A stretch of 64,000 nucleotides of DNA from Octopus sinensis (Eukaryota). The position numbers were made by a program, and so were the translations under genes. Positions 61,296 to 64,000 of the stretch are shown here, in pieces. The notes under the pieces were generated by a model that was not told where the DNA came from, made no database searches, and was given only the letters and a program-made list of their open reading frames with translations. Location of the stretch: contig NC_043010.1 in NCBI RefSeq assembly GCF_006345805.1, positions 44,206,001 to 44,270,000 of the forward strand, read 5' to 3'. Position 1 is the first letter of the stretch. The number at the start of each line of letters is the position of its first letter.

Positions 61296-64000
61296 CTTAT
61301 AATTAAATTAATTACTATTATCCCACTGCAACATGTGTGTTCAACACAAAGTTATCACAAGTAATTTCATTCATTTTTCCAGTGAAGAAAACTCATCAAT
61401 ATACAACAGTAGTGTAATAAAGATTATTTAACAGATGCTGATTATTTTGGTAAAAAAGTTTCTTGGGAAACCATCTCAGTATGGAATAGTTTTAGAAAAC
61501 AGATTTGTATTTAGAAAGAAAAAAACCCCACTGAAAGCAATGCTAACAATAGCATGTTTATGTTGAGTTTGTAGTATAACAGCTGTAGCAGGGATTACAG
61601 AGCAGAAGTAATAAAAAAAAGTCAAGAGGGAAAACTTTATTGGCTATAAATCAATGTATGGCAGACTGATCAAGCTAGTTAAGTAACAATTTCCCAAAAT
61701 TGCTTTTTTATATGCGAGTAGGGAGTGAGAGACATAATGAAGTAATATATATAACACCGACTTCTGAGATAAAATAATTCCACAGGCTGTTATTCAAACA
61801 CAAGGCATGAGAAGTCTTCAAACTTTGATATATTTTATTACTGGTGTGATTATAAGCCAGACTGGCTTGCCCTCTCTCCCTCAAAGCTAGTCATAGGAGT
61901 AGGATAGTAGTATTCAACTATAAAGATTCTAACTCAGTTTTATGAAATACAATGTCAAGATTGAATCATAGAAAGCTGCTGTCATCTCATTCCGGAATGG
62001 AAAGTTAGATTAAAGCTGATGATGAAGTTTCAATCCCTTGAGAAACCATTCTTTACTACATCTGAACATTAAAGAGTATGAAGGTTCAAAACTTTCCAGC
62101 ATCCATATTACTAACTTCAAATCTGAGATCATACAAAACAGTTTATAATATTTCAAAGCATACTTCAAGGACAATTGTAACAAGAAACAGGCTACGCTCT
62201 TCTTTATAGAATATAGGAAGTCAACTCTAAGCGACAGAAAATAGTAAATGGAGAACTAAAGAGATACAGGAAAAGAGTATAGTTAAGGAAACATATGGAA
62301 AGTAGTTGTAAGAGAGATGTTTGTATGGGAAATTGTTTGTGTGTCCTTTCTGAGATGGTAGGGTAAGGTTTGACGGAGACTTGTTTGCTATTCTGAGCAA
62401 GCTGAGTGACCAAGTAGAGGCTCCCTATATTTTGTACAGTAAGTTATACTAATTGTATTGTATATTATATAGCACAATCTTTTGTTATTCCAGATTTAAA
62501 ATATCTGTAAACACTGCTGCTCTTAGTGGTGATCAACATAAATTTCTAACATATATGTAGAATTCTAGTTTCTATGTGTTTAAAAAATACTTAAAGACTG
62601 AAATAGAATAAGTGAATATTAAGAATACAGGTAATATATGATTGACAAGTGTTTTGTTAACTTGTAGCTTTATGGTTGGATCAATCCATGGAAAATAAGA
62701 AACAACTCTTTGATAGTATTCCAGGTTATTGGATACAATTATTTTCAGTTAGAATGGTCCAGGCTGATGCTATACTAATAACTTTGGAATTGAGTATATG
62801 AGTCTGTAGACCAGCGCTATCATTTGTCAAGCAACATACTACTTGATGAAAAATATTTTCAGAATGACTTTTGTTAATTATTATCATATATAAATTGGGA
62901 TGTAAGCCTATTTTTATAGGTTAAAAAAAAATGAGGCTGTGCGGTGAGAAGCTTGCTTCCCAACCACATGGTTCCGAGTTCAGTCCCACTGTGTAGCACC
63001 TTGGGCAAGTGTCTTCTACTATAGACTCAGGCTGACCAAAACGTTGTGAGTGGATTTGGTATATATACACACACACACACACATATATATATATGCGCTG
63101 GTGTGTTTACATCCCTGTAACTTAGACTGAGAACATGAGTACTAGGCTTTACAGAATAAGTCCTGGGGTCGATTTATTTGACTAAAACCCTTCAAGGCAG
63201 TGTCCCAGCATGGCCACAGTTTAATGACTGAAACAAGTTAAAAATAAAAAAGATAGCAAGAAAATAGCAATAATAAAAAGTGTCATACATTAAGCTATAA
63301 TTTTCTACACTAACCAGAATCTCACCTTTTCCTTCTGTTTCTACAAAAGTCTGCCTCATTAGGTTTTTTTCTGTTCCAGTACAAAGTCTACTCACTATAT
63401 CAAATTTTCTATTTCCTCCCATTTCTCTGTAAAACATTTGTAAATTTTTTTTTAAGTTATTCCTCAAAAGTTGCACTGTTCTGCAAGTTCTTTTCTATTC
63501 AAGTATTTTCCAGACCACTTACCTCCAAATCTAGTAACAAATGCTACACTTGACCAATTTCTGTTTCCTAATACAAGTAAAATGTTATGACATGTAAGAA
63601 ATGATTACTACATATAACTATAGCAGCCACCTAGACAGACTATCAAAACAATCCTCTAAAGTAAATACTAGCAGAGTTATTCTCACAGACAGTAAACTCA
63701 CAAGACTATAGTTAAGTGAGTCATCACGATGGTAAATGTCAGAATTAGTTAACTGACTAATAGCCAATATATACCTCAATATTCATAAGGCAATTCTCAG
63801 GTGGAATTCAGCAAGGCTGAACTTTTGAACTGCGGATACAATACAATCTAACTGAAGGATATCCAAACAGTTTCTGTTTACCTTATTTCATTAATAAACT
63901 GGAGGCTATGGTAAATAACACCAGCCCAAGATACCTTGCAGTGGTTATGATCTTGTGGTTATGAAGTGAACTTCTTAGCTTATTACGAAACTGACCAAGA

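Noticed and set aside
63290-63570. Minus-strand donor GAG|gtaagt near 63520 and ORF 63192-63476
   Set aside because: There is no convincing acceptor. The peptide (NNLKKNLQMFYREMGG) looks more like a decayed R4/Dong LINE region, but the match is too weak to call.

Overview
AT-rich, microsatellite- and transposon-dense animal DNA. The SINE and RTE-tail families look like those of octopus or another coleoid cephalopod; this is by recognition only and was not searched. The only host gene I can support is the 5' part of a minus-strand protein-coding gene with large introns. It has three frame-compatible coding exons (42388-42224, 25789-25529, 3336-3247) encoding an acidic, low-complexity N-terminus with an FFAT-like motif, plus probable 5'-UTR exons near 50.7 kb and a CpG-retaining promoter candidate near 53.6 kb. 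The rest is repeats: tRNA-derived SINEs, RTE/CR1/R4-Dong LINE fragments, a full-length dead mariner, mariner, Merlin, Helitron and Gypsy relics, piggyBac/hAT-type MITEs, and a recent 1.14-kb tandem duplication. The most notable signal is eight hammerhead-ribozyme-like motifs from about six different short elements, mostly beside (TA)n tracts. Most have a self-complementary helix III that differs between families. One element combines an inverted tRNA-like head with a hammerhead, and four motifs lie sense to the host pre-mRNA. Nearly all ORFs in the supplied track are spurious or transposon-derived.
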